Source of the DNA: a bacterium
GTDB taxonomy: Bacteria > RBG-13-61-14 > DATKZS01
DNA: 64,000 nucleotides
Direction of reading: 5' to 3'
Assembly (NCBI GenBank): GCA_963674965.2
Contig: CAXXFL010000006.1
Coordinates: 512,001-576,000, forward strand
The position numbers were made by a program, and so were the translations under genes. Below the pieces are notes generated by a model, which made no database searches, was not told where the DNA came from, and saw nothing but the letters and a program-made list of their open reading frames with translations. Positions 52,001 through 58,711 of the stretch are shown here, piece by piece; position 1 is the stretch's first letter; each line of letters begins with the position of its first letter.

Positions 52001-55000
52001 TCGCCGTCAGTGTCCAGGGTCATGTTGAAGCGGCCGTAATAGATATCGCCGCCGTCCCAGTCGTTGCCGGACCATACCACGTGCAAGTCCCCCTCGGGAC
52101 CGAAGGAACACTTGGGGTCGGCCGCGGAATTGCCGGCCAACACCGAGTACCATTCCTCGCCGACCAGGAAGCCAAGGTATAAGTTATCGGAAGAGTTGGT
52201 CCAGGCCAGGGCCACCAGGCCGTCGGACTGACGGGCCGCGGCGTGAGCCTCGTAACCCCCGAAAATATCTTGGCCGTATTGCCAACCCGCCGCGGTTTTC
52301 TTTCCCATCCGGATATAGGCGCTATTGAGCCAGAAAAGGTAAACGCCGTCGCCGGAGGTCACGGCCGATGGGATGTGATACGTGCTGGTGTAGCCGCCAT
52401 ATATCTGTTGCTGGTACTCCCAGCCCTCGCCTGGAGAATAATCGGAGACGTATATCTCACCGTCGTCCGTTCCCTCGTACCAGTAGACGCTGAGGGAGGA
52501 ACCGTCGAGGCCCAGGCCGGGCCGATACGAGTAATATCCGGGGTACGAAATACGATACTCCGCCGTGGTGTTTCCGCCGCTCTCGATGGTGAAGTGGTAA
52601 ACGTCGGATAGATCACTGTCTCCCCGCTGGTAAACCAGCTCGATGGTGTCTCCCATGGCCATGGCCTGAGGCCAATATTCCTCCTCGCTAGTGGCCTTGG
52701 CCGTTACCGGCCCGCTCCAGCTTCCGCCATTCCAGAAGGAATGGGCTATGTCCGAGCTGTAACCGTAGAGGGTGTCCTCGAAGAAGACGTGGACCACGCC
52801 CGAGGCGTCTATGACCACCTCAGGATGGCGGTTATCGTCTCCGGACGAGACGGTAAGAGGAGTGGCCCATCCCGTCGAGCCGTCCTTGATATTATGCACG
52901 ATGAAGTCCGGTCCCGTGCCGCCCCACTGCTCCCAGACCACGTTGATATCACCCGCGTCGTCGATGGCCAGGTCCGGCCTCGAGTTTCCAGCGGCCGTGT
53001 CCGAAATGATTACCACCGGGTAAACCAGGGGCACGTCGTCCAGCGGGTTGAGCGGATCGCGGCCCGCGTCGACCTCCCTCTTGTCGTCCTCGCCCCCGCC
53101 GTCGGTGTCAACGGCGCAGGGGTCGGTCGAGTTGCCGTATTCCTCGAGGTTGGAAAGGAGGTCGCCGTCGGGATCGCCCAGGGAGTCGCCCCATCCCACC
53201 ATCAGGCCGCAGCTGCCGCCGGCCAGTATCTCGAAGCCGTCGCTCATGCCGTCGCCGTCGGTGTCCCAATTGTCGGGATCGGCCCCCGCCGGTATCTCCT
53301 GCGAAGCCAAAAGTCCGTCGCCGTCGGCGTCAAGTGCGATACGCGAGAATTGCAGCGTCTCATGCGTGCTTCCGTACTCCTGCTGGACCCAGACCATGGC
53401 GTACTCGCTGCCGGTCCAGAGGACGCCCTGCTTGGAGGAACTGAGGTAATCGTCATCCATGCTGTTGGTCAATCTGGATTCTTTGAGGCTTACATTGCCT
53501 TTATCGTCGAGCAGGCCGCAGTAGATTTCGTAGTTTCCGTCCCTGTCGTCCTGCCATACCACCAGGTATTCCCCATCATCCTCGTTCCAGGCTATATCCG
53601 GGCTTACGCTTTCGTTACCATCCGAGGTCAGGATGCTCTCGGGTCCCAGGGTGTCTCCATCGCTTTCCATCCTTTGGAAAAGTATGGTGGAGTCGTTGGA
53701 ACTCCAGGCCATTCCCAGCGCGTCTCCCGCCCATTCCAAGGCGGGGGCCGAGGCGTTGACGGAGTTGTAGGTAATTCTGTTTTCATAGGTCACGGTGGCG
53801 CCGCTTGTAATGCCGGCCGCGTATACCTGGTAAATGGCGTCTCTGTTGTCGTACCAGGCCGCGGTGTATTCGCTTCCGGTCCAGACGAAATCGGGCAGAT
53901 ACTGCCGGTTGGTATCGGTCGTTACCTGCAGCTCGGAGGACGCGAAGCCTCCAAGGTTGGTAAGCCTTCTGAAATATATGTCCGGCATGCCGCCTCGCCA
54001 GTCCTCCCAGGCCAGTCCGTAACCGTTTTGGTCCCATACCAGTTTTGGGTTGCCTCGGTTTAGGGTCGAGTTGGTTATCCTTCTGTCGGACCCCATGGGC
54101 ATGCCGGTGGGAGAGATGCGGTTGAAAATTATTTCGTAGTTGCCATAAACGTTCGACTGCCACGCCAGGCCGAATAGCCAGTTCGATTCATTCCAGGCAA
54201 TGGAGCAGTTCCGGGCGACGCCCGTGCCGCCGGTTATCTGGACGACCGGGTCCACGCTCGAGCCATAATAGGTGAGAGGCACATAATAGATATCGTAGAT
54301 TGTTGAATACCCCTCGTACCAGCATACGCCCAGACCCGAGTCGTAATCCGCCATGGCCGGCCTGCCCACGCCGCTGGAGGAACCCCTCACCACCCTGGCC
54401 GAGCCCGCCATCTTGACGCTGGAGGCTATCTTCGAATCGTGGGGATTGGAGCCCCTGATCACCTCGAAGCCGTCAAGCACGCCGTCGTCGTCCGTGTCCG
54501 GATCGTTGGGATCGGTGCCCGTGTTGGTGGTTCCCGCGTAAACGCCCGTGTTCGTCTCGACCTGATCGGGCAACCCGTCCGAGTCCGTGTCGCCGTCGGG
54601 CGTGGAAGGGGAAGTGCCCCAAAGGTAAATTTCATCGTAGTCGGAAAAGCCGTCGCCGTCCGTGTCCGGGTCGCACGGGTCGGTCGAGTTGCCGTACTCG
54701 ATTATATTGGTCACGCTGTCGCCGTCGGCGTCGAGGAGTGAGTCAACGGCCAACGGGTCGAGCCCGCAGGAGGAATAGGAGTGTTCCCAGCCGTCCTCCA
54801 TGCCGTCGCTGTCCGTGTCGTCCGAACCGGGATGAGTCCCGAGAAAGTATTCCACGCGGTTAATGAGGCCGTCCGTGTCCCCGTCAAGGATGGCGTCGGA
54901 CGAGTCTCCCGCGCTGAAACCGTAAAAGGTTTCCCAGGTATTCGGTATGCCGTCGAAGTCGCCGTCCCAGAAGGCCGAGTCGGGACCGCCGGTAAAGCCC

Positions 55001-55944
55001 ATATCGTTCCGGGAGGAGTCAGGGTCCCGCTCGAAAAAGCCGGTCCCACCGGCGTTAATGCATTGGGACCCGATCTGAAGTCCGTGATCGATGTAGTTGG
55101 CGTCCCAGAAATTCGGGTTCGCGCAGATGTTGCCCGTGCCGGTGACCAGCTCGCAAACGTCGGTATAGTCGACGGTGCCTCCGGAAGCCAGGTCAAGCTG
55201 GTCATCGTTTCCATAGATAATCGCGTTCCTGATGGTCGTGGTGGGCTCCGGATAAGTAGAGGTAGTTCCCGTTTCGAGGCCCACGCTGTTTCCCGAGATA
55301 GTATCGTTGGTGGATTTCAACTCCAGGTAATAGCCGGAATAGGTATGGACCGCCTTAACGCCTGATTTATTGCCGATAATGAGATTGTTCGAAGTGTTCT
55401 GGTAAGCCCGCCAGCCTGGAAAATACGAGGGCACCGTCGCGTAAATGCCGACTTCGTTACCCCTGATAATACTGTTACTGATGGAAAAGTGCGAGCTTGC
55501 GCTCTCGAGTCCGGCCGTTCCGTTTTGCAGGATAAGGCCGTCGATAAATATCATCTGCTCCATATTGGTTATGGATATGGCCGGCCCCGTTCCCCCGCCG
55601 TCGACTATGGTCCTGAAAACGGGCACGTTACGGGCCCAGCCCGACGGGTTGTACCCACCCAAAAGGGAAAGGTACTGGTAATCGATCTCGACGTTTTCTT
55701 GGTAAACTCCGGCGGCCACGCAGATCGTGTCTCCCCATCCCACGTTGTCCACGGCGTGGCCTATCGTGGCCCAGGGCATACCTTGCGTTCCATAGCCGGA
55801 GGTGTCGTTTCCCGTGGTGATGGACACGTACAACTTGGTCGCCCGCGCCTGGCCGGCAAAAAGCAGAAAGCCGAGGGCCGCCATGAAAGCGAGAACGGAC
55901 GGCCTCCAGGAAAATAATCCGCGGGTTTTCGTCGAGAGCTTCAT
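43024..55944 (-). CDS. Giant secreted modular protein (4306 aa): beta-helix-like N-terminus, Ca-binding DxDGDG repeats, propeller-like modules, Ig-like domains, C13-like peptidase, dockerin-like C-terminus
   Basis: AGGAGG RBS; signal peptide ending GQARA; LYVS...GND...PWATI..A; dozens of DTDGDG repeats; WTGSEYGVAW repeats; LDHGG and YDACYSGSF. Confidence 0.85.
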   Translation of the reverse strand: MKLSTKTRGLFSWRPSVLAFMAALGFLLFAGQARATKLYVSITTGNDTSGYGTQGMPWATIGHAVDNVGWGDTICVAAGVYQENVEIDYQYLSLLGGYNPSGWARNVPVFRTIVDGGGTGPAISITNMEQMIFIDGLILQNGTAGLESASSHFSISNSIIRGNEVGIYATVPSYFPGWRAYQNTSNNLIIGNKSGVKAVHTYSGYYLELKSTNDTISGNSVGLETGTTSTYPEPTTTIRNAIIYGNDDQLDLASGGTVDYTDVCELVTGTGNICANPNFWDANYIDHGLQIGSQCINAGGTGFFERDPDSSRNDMGFTGGPDSAFWDGDFDGIPNTWETFYGFSAGDSSDAILDGDTDGLINRVEYFLGTHPGSDDTDSDGMEDGWEHSYSSCGLDPLAVDSLLDADGDSVTNIIEYGNSTDPCDPDTDGDGFSDYDEIYLWGTSPSTPDGDTDSDGLPDQVETNTGVYAGTTNTGTDPNDPDTDDDGVLDGFEVIRGSNPHDSKIASSVKMAGSARVVRGSSSGVGRPAMADYDSGLGVCWYEGYSTIYDIYYVPLTYYGSSVDPVVQITGGTGVARNCSIAWNESNWLFGLAWQSNVYGNYEIIFNRISPTGMPMGSDRRITNSTLNRGNPKLVWDQNGYGLAWEDWRGGMPDIYFRRLTNLGGFASSELQVTTDTNRQYLPDFVWTGSEYTAAWYDNRDAIYQVYAAGITSGATVTYENRITYNSVNASAPALEWAGDALGMAWSSNDSTILFQRMESDGDTLGPESILTSDGNESVSPDIAWNEDDGEYLVVWQDDRDGNYEIYCGLLDDKGNVSLKESRLTNSMDDDYLSSSKQGVLWTGSEYAMVWVQQEYGSTHETLQFSRIALDADGDGLLASQEIPAGADPDNWDTDGDGMSDGFEILAGGSCGLMVGWGDSLGDPDGDLLSNLEEYGNSTDPCAVDTDGGGEDDKREVDAGRDPLNPLDDVPLVYPVVIISDTAAGNSRPDLAIDDAGDINVVWEQWGGTGPDFIVHNIKDGSTGWATPLTVSSGDDNRHPEVVIDASGVVHVFFEDTLYGYSSDIAHSFWNGGSWSGPVTAKATSEEEYWPQAMAMGDTIELVYQRGDSDLSDVYHFTIESGGNTTAEYRISYPGYYSYRPGLGLDGSSLSVYWYEGTDDGEIYVSDYSPGEGWEYQQQIYGGYTSTYHIPSAVTSGDGVYLFWLNSAYIRMGKKTAAGWQYGQDIFGGYEAHAAARQSDGLVALAWTNSSDNLYLGFLVGEEWYSVLAGNSAADPKCSFGPEGDLHVVWSGNDWDGGDIYYGRFNMTLDTDGDSLSDFLEDLAGTDYTMADTDGDGMDDHWESMYGCVNAMVGDSASNGDEDSLTNMQEYMLGTNPCEEDSDGDGMGDDWEYLYMYCGLDPTVGDSLLDGDTDGLGNIYELASGTNPCDEDSDGDGMEDGWEVNYGSICGLDPTYYDATWDYDFDGLSNIDEFLNDALPCVSDTDGDSVTDGDEVNLYLTYPDDIDSDDDGFDDGKEVYFWLTDPMVWNDDGDSDSAPDAVETDTGVYNGPSNAGTDPYDNDTDGDGVDDGIEILNGSNPLDPDITPYPGDMGRIGDEVRVTYAGAYAINPTLLWRGTEYGLFWEDNRGDSDLNVFFERLDMFGDTLGPDVRLKLENDTQAHTDAVWTGSEFGVSWKYSASQDSIYFTRVGVDGSTIISPAAISELTIESIGYPSIAWTGSEYGVAYQKYRLGANTEVLFQRVAVNGDTVDGVRIVSNSSGDAQAPSLVWADGEFGLAWEDWGALDVKFARLAADGDTIGPQISLSGGATTQCPENPKLVWTGDEYAAAWEDYRDWYGEIFFTRVGADGDTIGPNLRITYSGGLYEPTMPDLVYGHSAFGLAYEFRPTTYKEIFFIELDLAGSTLCAPIQVSEDDVDTSQAPSLDWNGSEYGVAWRDGRIEDEIWFARVGMGGTNADTDGDGLTDAEEINDYETDPYDWDTDDDGMDDGWEVMVGSSCYIDPNYFDSDLDADYDYYTNLFEYQNGHNPCVYEDTDADGMPDGYEYMYGCLMINTVDNMLDADGDTLTNWFEFTNRPQLDPCDPDTDADGLTDYQELYDTMTNPINWDTDGDDMPDGWEVENGLNPNLYDASGDPDYDGLSNLNEYLNGTDPNDWDTDDDSLGDGFEVYNSETDPTDEDTDHDDLTDFEEVMHVYGYFTNPLSPDTDMGGELDGSEIAGGRDPEDPYDDAGFAPFGKRLLVSSGDTATDAWAPTLAWTGSQYGVAWTEMDALYDYNIIFARINEFGDTVLGGTTITSHIMDDVNPKLTWGSSEFALVWERGGDDSYFIQIDQYGDTAGPEKPFANDAMDLETYPDVAWTGSEYGAVYINWLADGNEELFFTRLDQNGDTLMPGVQLTSSAPYGGAHSPTIAWSGSEFGVAYEWDMPGEGSTVEIYFTRIDDAGNVLSLGQQITHSAMFSYHGEPSLAWHDDGLFGLAFKYIDYMWCNVQFVGISADGDTLETPFTVSEGYSYNCGDADITAGNHEFGIAYFQWESDSGRDMIFLSRVHVGGFQMGYPISISGDSANAYYPSIEWTGSVYGVAWFVVGNTLDGIMFDQVGFDNDGDYLPDAAEAAYGTDPNDPDTDGDGLWDGEEIITYGTDPNQVDTDGDGLSDYVEVNYPVLSDPLDPDMDDDGRNDGDEYTYGSDMFTANGDPVTICSSEPYENGNTVWVIFANTTEPTSLVTLYVSWNGSLFQNSGYTARQEFGEFQYVPQYGEGTYRFYTRGFFSPIHVEPPKSSAEATTIVDWTDPSSSASSPPYGGDVAFPVTWTADEDCAEVSLWYSHDGGEMTLFGSTDSGSSGSFLFGSTANGTYEFSTIAVDRAGNVEESPAIPDCSTFIDVSPPVIDGMSVMLESYWLSEGSTLWIGWDEATDPDSEVGYLYAIGAAPGGTEYLGYTGVGYSCTVGYCQVTAQGLLLSDGDSVVATVIAVNQGGVSASPVSSDVSKMDIVGPQLISASPYDGDVILSDTITVQVVLYDKTSGIDTPAYPVLALDEDVLALGVDYNEVWTGNTVTIDLTQQGLDDHLVEVKAGSKLGTHSLSILADDVASTGRALDRNLVFTIDKPGLVVITPSVVEVPTNGDTVDFKVTGGIPPYDWSYTGGTAVVEGTTLHYAPGPDPGSYLVAVVDTRGVSFAADVKLTKLVFQIQPQAVGLAPGETQEFRVVGGTAPYEWYALGGMISIGDGDTFMFQAGSIYGEYTISVLDSSTPADVVSAKITITEDVGRAVIVAGGGLLDDNRLVNNINYLANFAYKTLISRGFTPDKIFYMNPNKTQTFDGNGDGYYNDVDALPSLDNMRYAITGWAAAEGGTVDGHWFNGPTSPVSSDPDVPLTVYLLDHGGVDSFLVDRIVVGETVTPVVLSADSLDGWLDDIQTSHPCRVNVIYDACYSGSFIDNLGSGSADRIVISSASATSPAFFTVNGTVSFSQFFLNNVMAGQDIKSSFNLAAAAIKGWSGQSPRLDDNGDGVYVASGADRDGAYSEGKYLGSEFFTGDETPDLQASPSVEIDSGDTATIWVDVMNFNDIAGVYAVITPPGYEAPTIDESFETPKIEDDLIPIVHLTDPDGDDRYEHVFTQTQSDNIFTINGDYTVTVYAKDSAGNLSDPATTYITLRGMDAYEPDNDETQASSITVGSSTGQLHNFHSDVDEDWIVFYGNEGNPYVVYTGNLGENCDTYMELYKLNGSTLDLVDFNDDFHESESYIYFVADGATYYAMVRHSLSGYGAGTSYSLYVDQESGTFGSLNGKVTDLATGFGVQGARVQVIWQMPTTGTIVYTSGGGQYYINGTVPSGSGYLCSYSATNYSSKTELCPVINENSTSTKNVVLSPFASTGVLLGKVTDEHGDPLGGLSLEISGKSASTDHKGEFSIRLVQASNHYIFAALDGYETYLVEDLEVSDGETTRHDFSMTPVGGVDTDGDGIEDSVEDGVGCLDSEDYDSDDDGLCDGNTSVMDGDTVLCAKGEDLNADGVVDSTESSPCDDDSDDDGLDDYEETVTYGTGSTAWDTDGDHLPDPFEVANSSGHSNNLNPLDDSDGCSADFDADGNPNCHEYYNDTDLWDENVTGGPGCFYWTDSGNTTSADGLLSPLDVNTLKSRIALSSVSYTGVIPPNGDTQELDMDEIVSSLDLSLLRQMASLQSVSSVPGRPTSLELVGDSIVNVDVGSTVRVTIGVKNDYPNYTAGFGVVFEIDGAGSTGSAVILGGEGDSGSGRYDISGAIASGGRSTIVLRATAAGTIYLKASTPECGSGGLGRYCAAITEDRIVTIVAQ

Positions 55945-56443
55945 AACCTTAATCCTCCTTGCGCTCCGGGGAGCGATGACGTCAACAGGGTGGTCTCAAT
56001 ATATCTGTAAAAAATTGGAATCACGCGAGAAGCGCCGGCGGCGCCGCGAAAAGTCGGCTTGGACCTCTCATTATGAGAGTATATATCGGAGCGCGGGTCG
56101 GCGTAGCGCAAAACAATCTCCCTGTGCCCGAGAAGCCGAATCGGCCCTTTACCCTGGTCCGAGTCGAGGGAAGTCCAGAATCCTCTTGAAGTTGAACGTC
56201 AGCCGGCCTTGTGCAGCCAGAGCTAGAGCCTTGGAGTCTGAGCGCGAACCGGCGGACACGCGGCGCTTCGATTCCCCGTGAAAAGCGCCTCAAAAAATTA
56301 CCCTTTCTTCTAAAAGTCCCTAAAGAAGACTTGATTACAATAGACGAAGAGGAGTCAAAAATCAAACCAAAAATACGCGCCGCGTCCTTCTCCCTACGAT
56401 AATACGGCGTAATTCCAGGGCTTGGGCTTCGAGCGAATATCGG

Positions 56444-56644
56444 CTAATCTCCCAGGGCGGACGCCTGTTTTTCCTTTTGCCGTATTTTGTAAGCGGCGTA
56501 TACCATGGCCGCCATTGCCGGCGTCGTAACCACGCCGAGGGCGATCAGCTTCGGCTCACCAGTCATCAGCGCCCCAATAGCCGCTCCCTGCAGCCAGAAG
56601 CCGAAATAGGCAATAATCGGAAAATAATCCAGATACTTATCCAT
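56444..56644 (-). CDS. Small membrane protein (66 aa)
   Basis: Two hydrophobic segments and a basic tail; starts 2 bp after the upstream stop. Confidence 0.55.
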   Translation of the reverse strand: MDKYLDYFPIIAYFGFWLQGAAIGALMTGEPKLIALGVVTTPAMAAMVYAAYKIRQKEKQASALGD

Positions 56645-56646
56645 GT

Positions 56647-57558
56647 TTATATCCCCCATACGGTCAAATTCACCGTGCTATCCAGTATCTGCATGGTTAT
56701 CGTCCCGTAAATTATAAAGAAAATCAGTATGCAAATCTCCAGTCCCATAAGCAGGGCATAGAAGATGACCGCCGCCTTCGACGGCCCCCACCTCGAGACC
56801 ATGGCCGGTAACTTCTCAAAAACTATGGCGAAAACGAATATGAGCAGGAACCAGCCAATAAAGTTGGAAAGAGGTATGGAAAACAGGTTTATCCTGTCGC
56901 CCTCGAACCAGATCCAGGACTTGAAAGTCTCGTGGGTCTGCACCGGGTCCAGCCAGAGATCGAGGTTCATGGCCAACAGGCCGCCCAGGCCGGCCTTGGC
57001 CACTATCCCGGCCCGGGGTATGATTATGTCCGCCACGTAAACGCAAGAATAGGCCACGAAAAACCATCCCAGGCAGGCGAGGAGAGGCGTCTCGAGGAAC
57101 CAGAAAAATCCTCGCGTGAAGAAATATGTCCCCGTCACTTCCTTAGCCCCTTCTCCCAGGGCCGCGTCGGCCACCTGGGCCCCGCCAAGCGCCTGTATCT
57201 CGGCCTGGTAGCGGCCGAGTAAAATCCACATGCTTTCCTCAACGCCGGTAAAGACAAAGGACCCGCCCAGGAAGATCATGGCGCGATAGATGCCCAGCCT
57301 CTTCCAGGCGTGGTGGAAACAAAGCCAGGCCAGGAAGACGGGTATAAGATCGAGGGCGAACATTTCTCCATATCCGGAGAAAGGAACTCCCAGTTCGGCG
57401 TTGGAGGGCACGTTGAAGACCCCGGGAAAGGCGTGGTGAATAACGGTAAAAATAAGGGTCGAGATCACCAAGCTTATACCGATGATCCAGCTAACCCTGA
57501 TCTCCTCGGGGTTGGCCTGGGCGGCGAGGCTTCCGTCGGCCAGTACGATGTTAGGCAT
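56647..57558 (-). CDS. DUF422/CruF-like (carotenoid biosynthesis family) membrane protein
   Basis: P....GWF...Y, DLWLDPV, WIW and IPLSNFIGWF motifs; GAGGAGG RBS. Confidence 0.75.
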   Translation of the reverse strand: MPNIVLADGSLAAQANPEEIRVSWIIGISLVISTLIFTVIHHAFPGVFNVPSNAELGVPFSGYGEMFALDLIPVFLAWLCFHHAWKRLGIYRAMIFLGGSFVFTGVEESMWILLGRYQAEIQALGGAQVADAALGEGAKEVTGTYFFTRGFFWFLETPLLACLGWFFVAYSCVYVADIIIPRAGIVAKAGLGGLLAMNLDLWLDPVQTHETFKSWIWFEGDRINLFSIPLSNFIGWFLLIFVFAIVFEKLPAMVSRWGPSKAAVIFYALLMGLEICILIFFIIYGTITMQILDSTVNLTVWGI

Positions 57559-57635
57559 ATGTCCCTCCTCTTTGGGTTTTTGCCCCTATATATAACAAAC
57601 GTTATGGCCTTATGGCAAGAAAAAAATACAAAAAG

Positions 57636-58442
57636 TTATCCGGGCCAAAGCTCGGGAGGCGCGGCCTCGGCCGTGCACCTTCCCTCCTCCTGGCAACTAT
57701 ATGGGCCGGACATAAGCTCGAACTTCTCGCCCCCGCCCTCCCCCATCACCACCAGGTGCGGGTCGTCCTTTAAAAGCCAGAAGTAGTTGTCGGGAACGAC
57801 GTACCCCAAAGCCCCGGCCAAAGTCATGCGAAACTTATAGCACTCGAACTCACCAGCCGGTACCTTGATCTTCTCGGTCCCCAGTGGAATTAGATAAATG
57901 GAGAACACCCGGGGTTTCTGGAGAAGGGCGTTGGGCTCGGCCACCAGAACGTCCACCGGGGCCAGCGAGTCCTTTTCCCCAAAGGGATACCCCTTCAGGA
58001 GGAAGGCAAAGGACTCGGTGTCGTGAACGCCCCTCGCCGCCTCGACCACCACGTCCATGGGGTAAGGAACTCCCTCCCGTATGACCCGAGCCTTGTCGTC
58101 TCCGTAGAGGCGCTTGATGAATTTCTTCTCGTCCTTCCATTCCTCGATGGAGGCGATGGGGGTGAGGTCCGAGGCCCGCATGGTCACGCGCCTTATCCGG
58201 TCGTCGAACGCGCTGACGGACTGGTAGGCCTTCTCGCCCCCGACCTCGATCTCCTTGGCGAAGACTTTATAGACCTCGGACTTCCCGCTCTCCTGCGAGG
58301 TCCTTCTGTACTCGACCTCCATCCCGCAAGTCGGGGCCCGGGCCTCCATCTTCACCCGCTTCTCGCCCCAGCCGAAAAGGGCGAGCGGAACCAGCGCGCA
58401 TAAAGCCGCGAAGAAAAAGGCCAGCCTGGTCTTGAATTTCAT
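57636..58442 (-). CDS. Exported hypothetical protein (DUF3108-like)
   Basis: Signal-like N-terminus MKFKTRLAFFFAALCALV; EKIKVPAGEFECYK motif. Confidence 0.6.
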   Translation of the reverse strand: MKFKTRLAFFFAALCALVPLALFGWGEKRVKMEARAPTCGMEVEYRRTSQESGKSEVYKVFAKEIEVGGEKAYQSVSAFDDRIRRVTMRASDLTPIASIEEWKDEKKFIKRLYGDDKARVIREGVPYPMDVVVEAARGVHDTESFAFLLKGYPFGEKDSLAPVDVLVAEPNALLQKPRVFSIYLIPLGTEKIKVPAGEFECYKFRMTLAGALGYVVPDNYFWLLKDDPHLVVMGEGGGEKFELMSGPYSCQEEGRCTAEAAPPELWPG

Positions 58443-58711
58443 TTGGCCCTTAATAGACCACAGGGTATACCCGATGTCAACGGAAGGTTTGCGAAGGGTT
58501 TGGTGATCATAGCGCGCGTAATTTTTGGCGCGCCCCTGGAGGGAATATTTCCGAAGGGGGCCATTTTCTGATAAAATCTCATTTCGAATCGGCCATGGGA
58601 CCCAAAGGCGCCTGAGCGCTAAAGTCAATCCTCGTCACGATTAGAATCAGGCTTCCTTCTTTCGAGTCAAGGCGGCTGGAGTTGGAATCCTCAGAAACCA
58701 TGGGGCTGGAT

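Noticed and set aside
47880-54980. Recurrent GCCGTCGCCGTCCGTGTC repeats suggesting a CRISPR or DNA repeat array
   Set aside because: Irregular spacing and degeneracy; they simply encode the DTDGDG protein repeats. No cas genes are present.
56115-56265. Possible 6S RNA
   Set aside because: Terminal pairing is weak and I could not find the conserved central-bubble flanks; kept only as an unassigned candidate structure.
56267-56275. TTCGATTCC T-loop-like motif (tRNA/tmRNA/tRNA-Sec?)
   Set aside because: No acceptor stem, anticodon arm or CCA end could be built.
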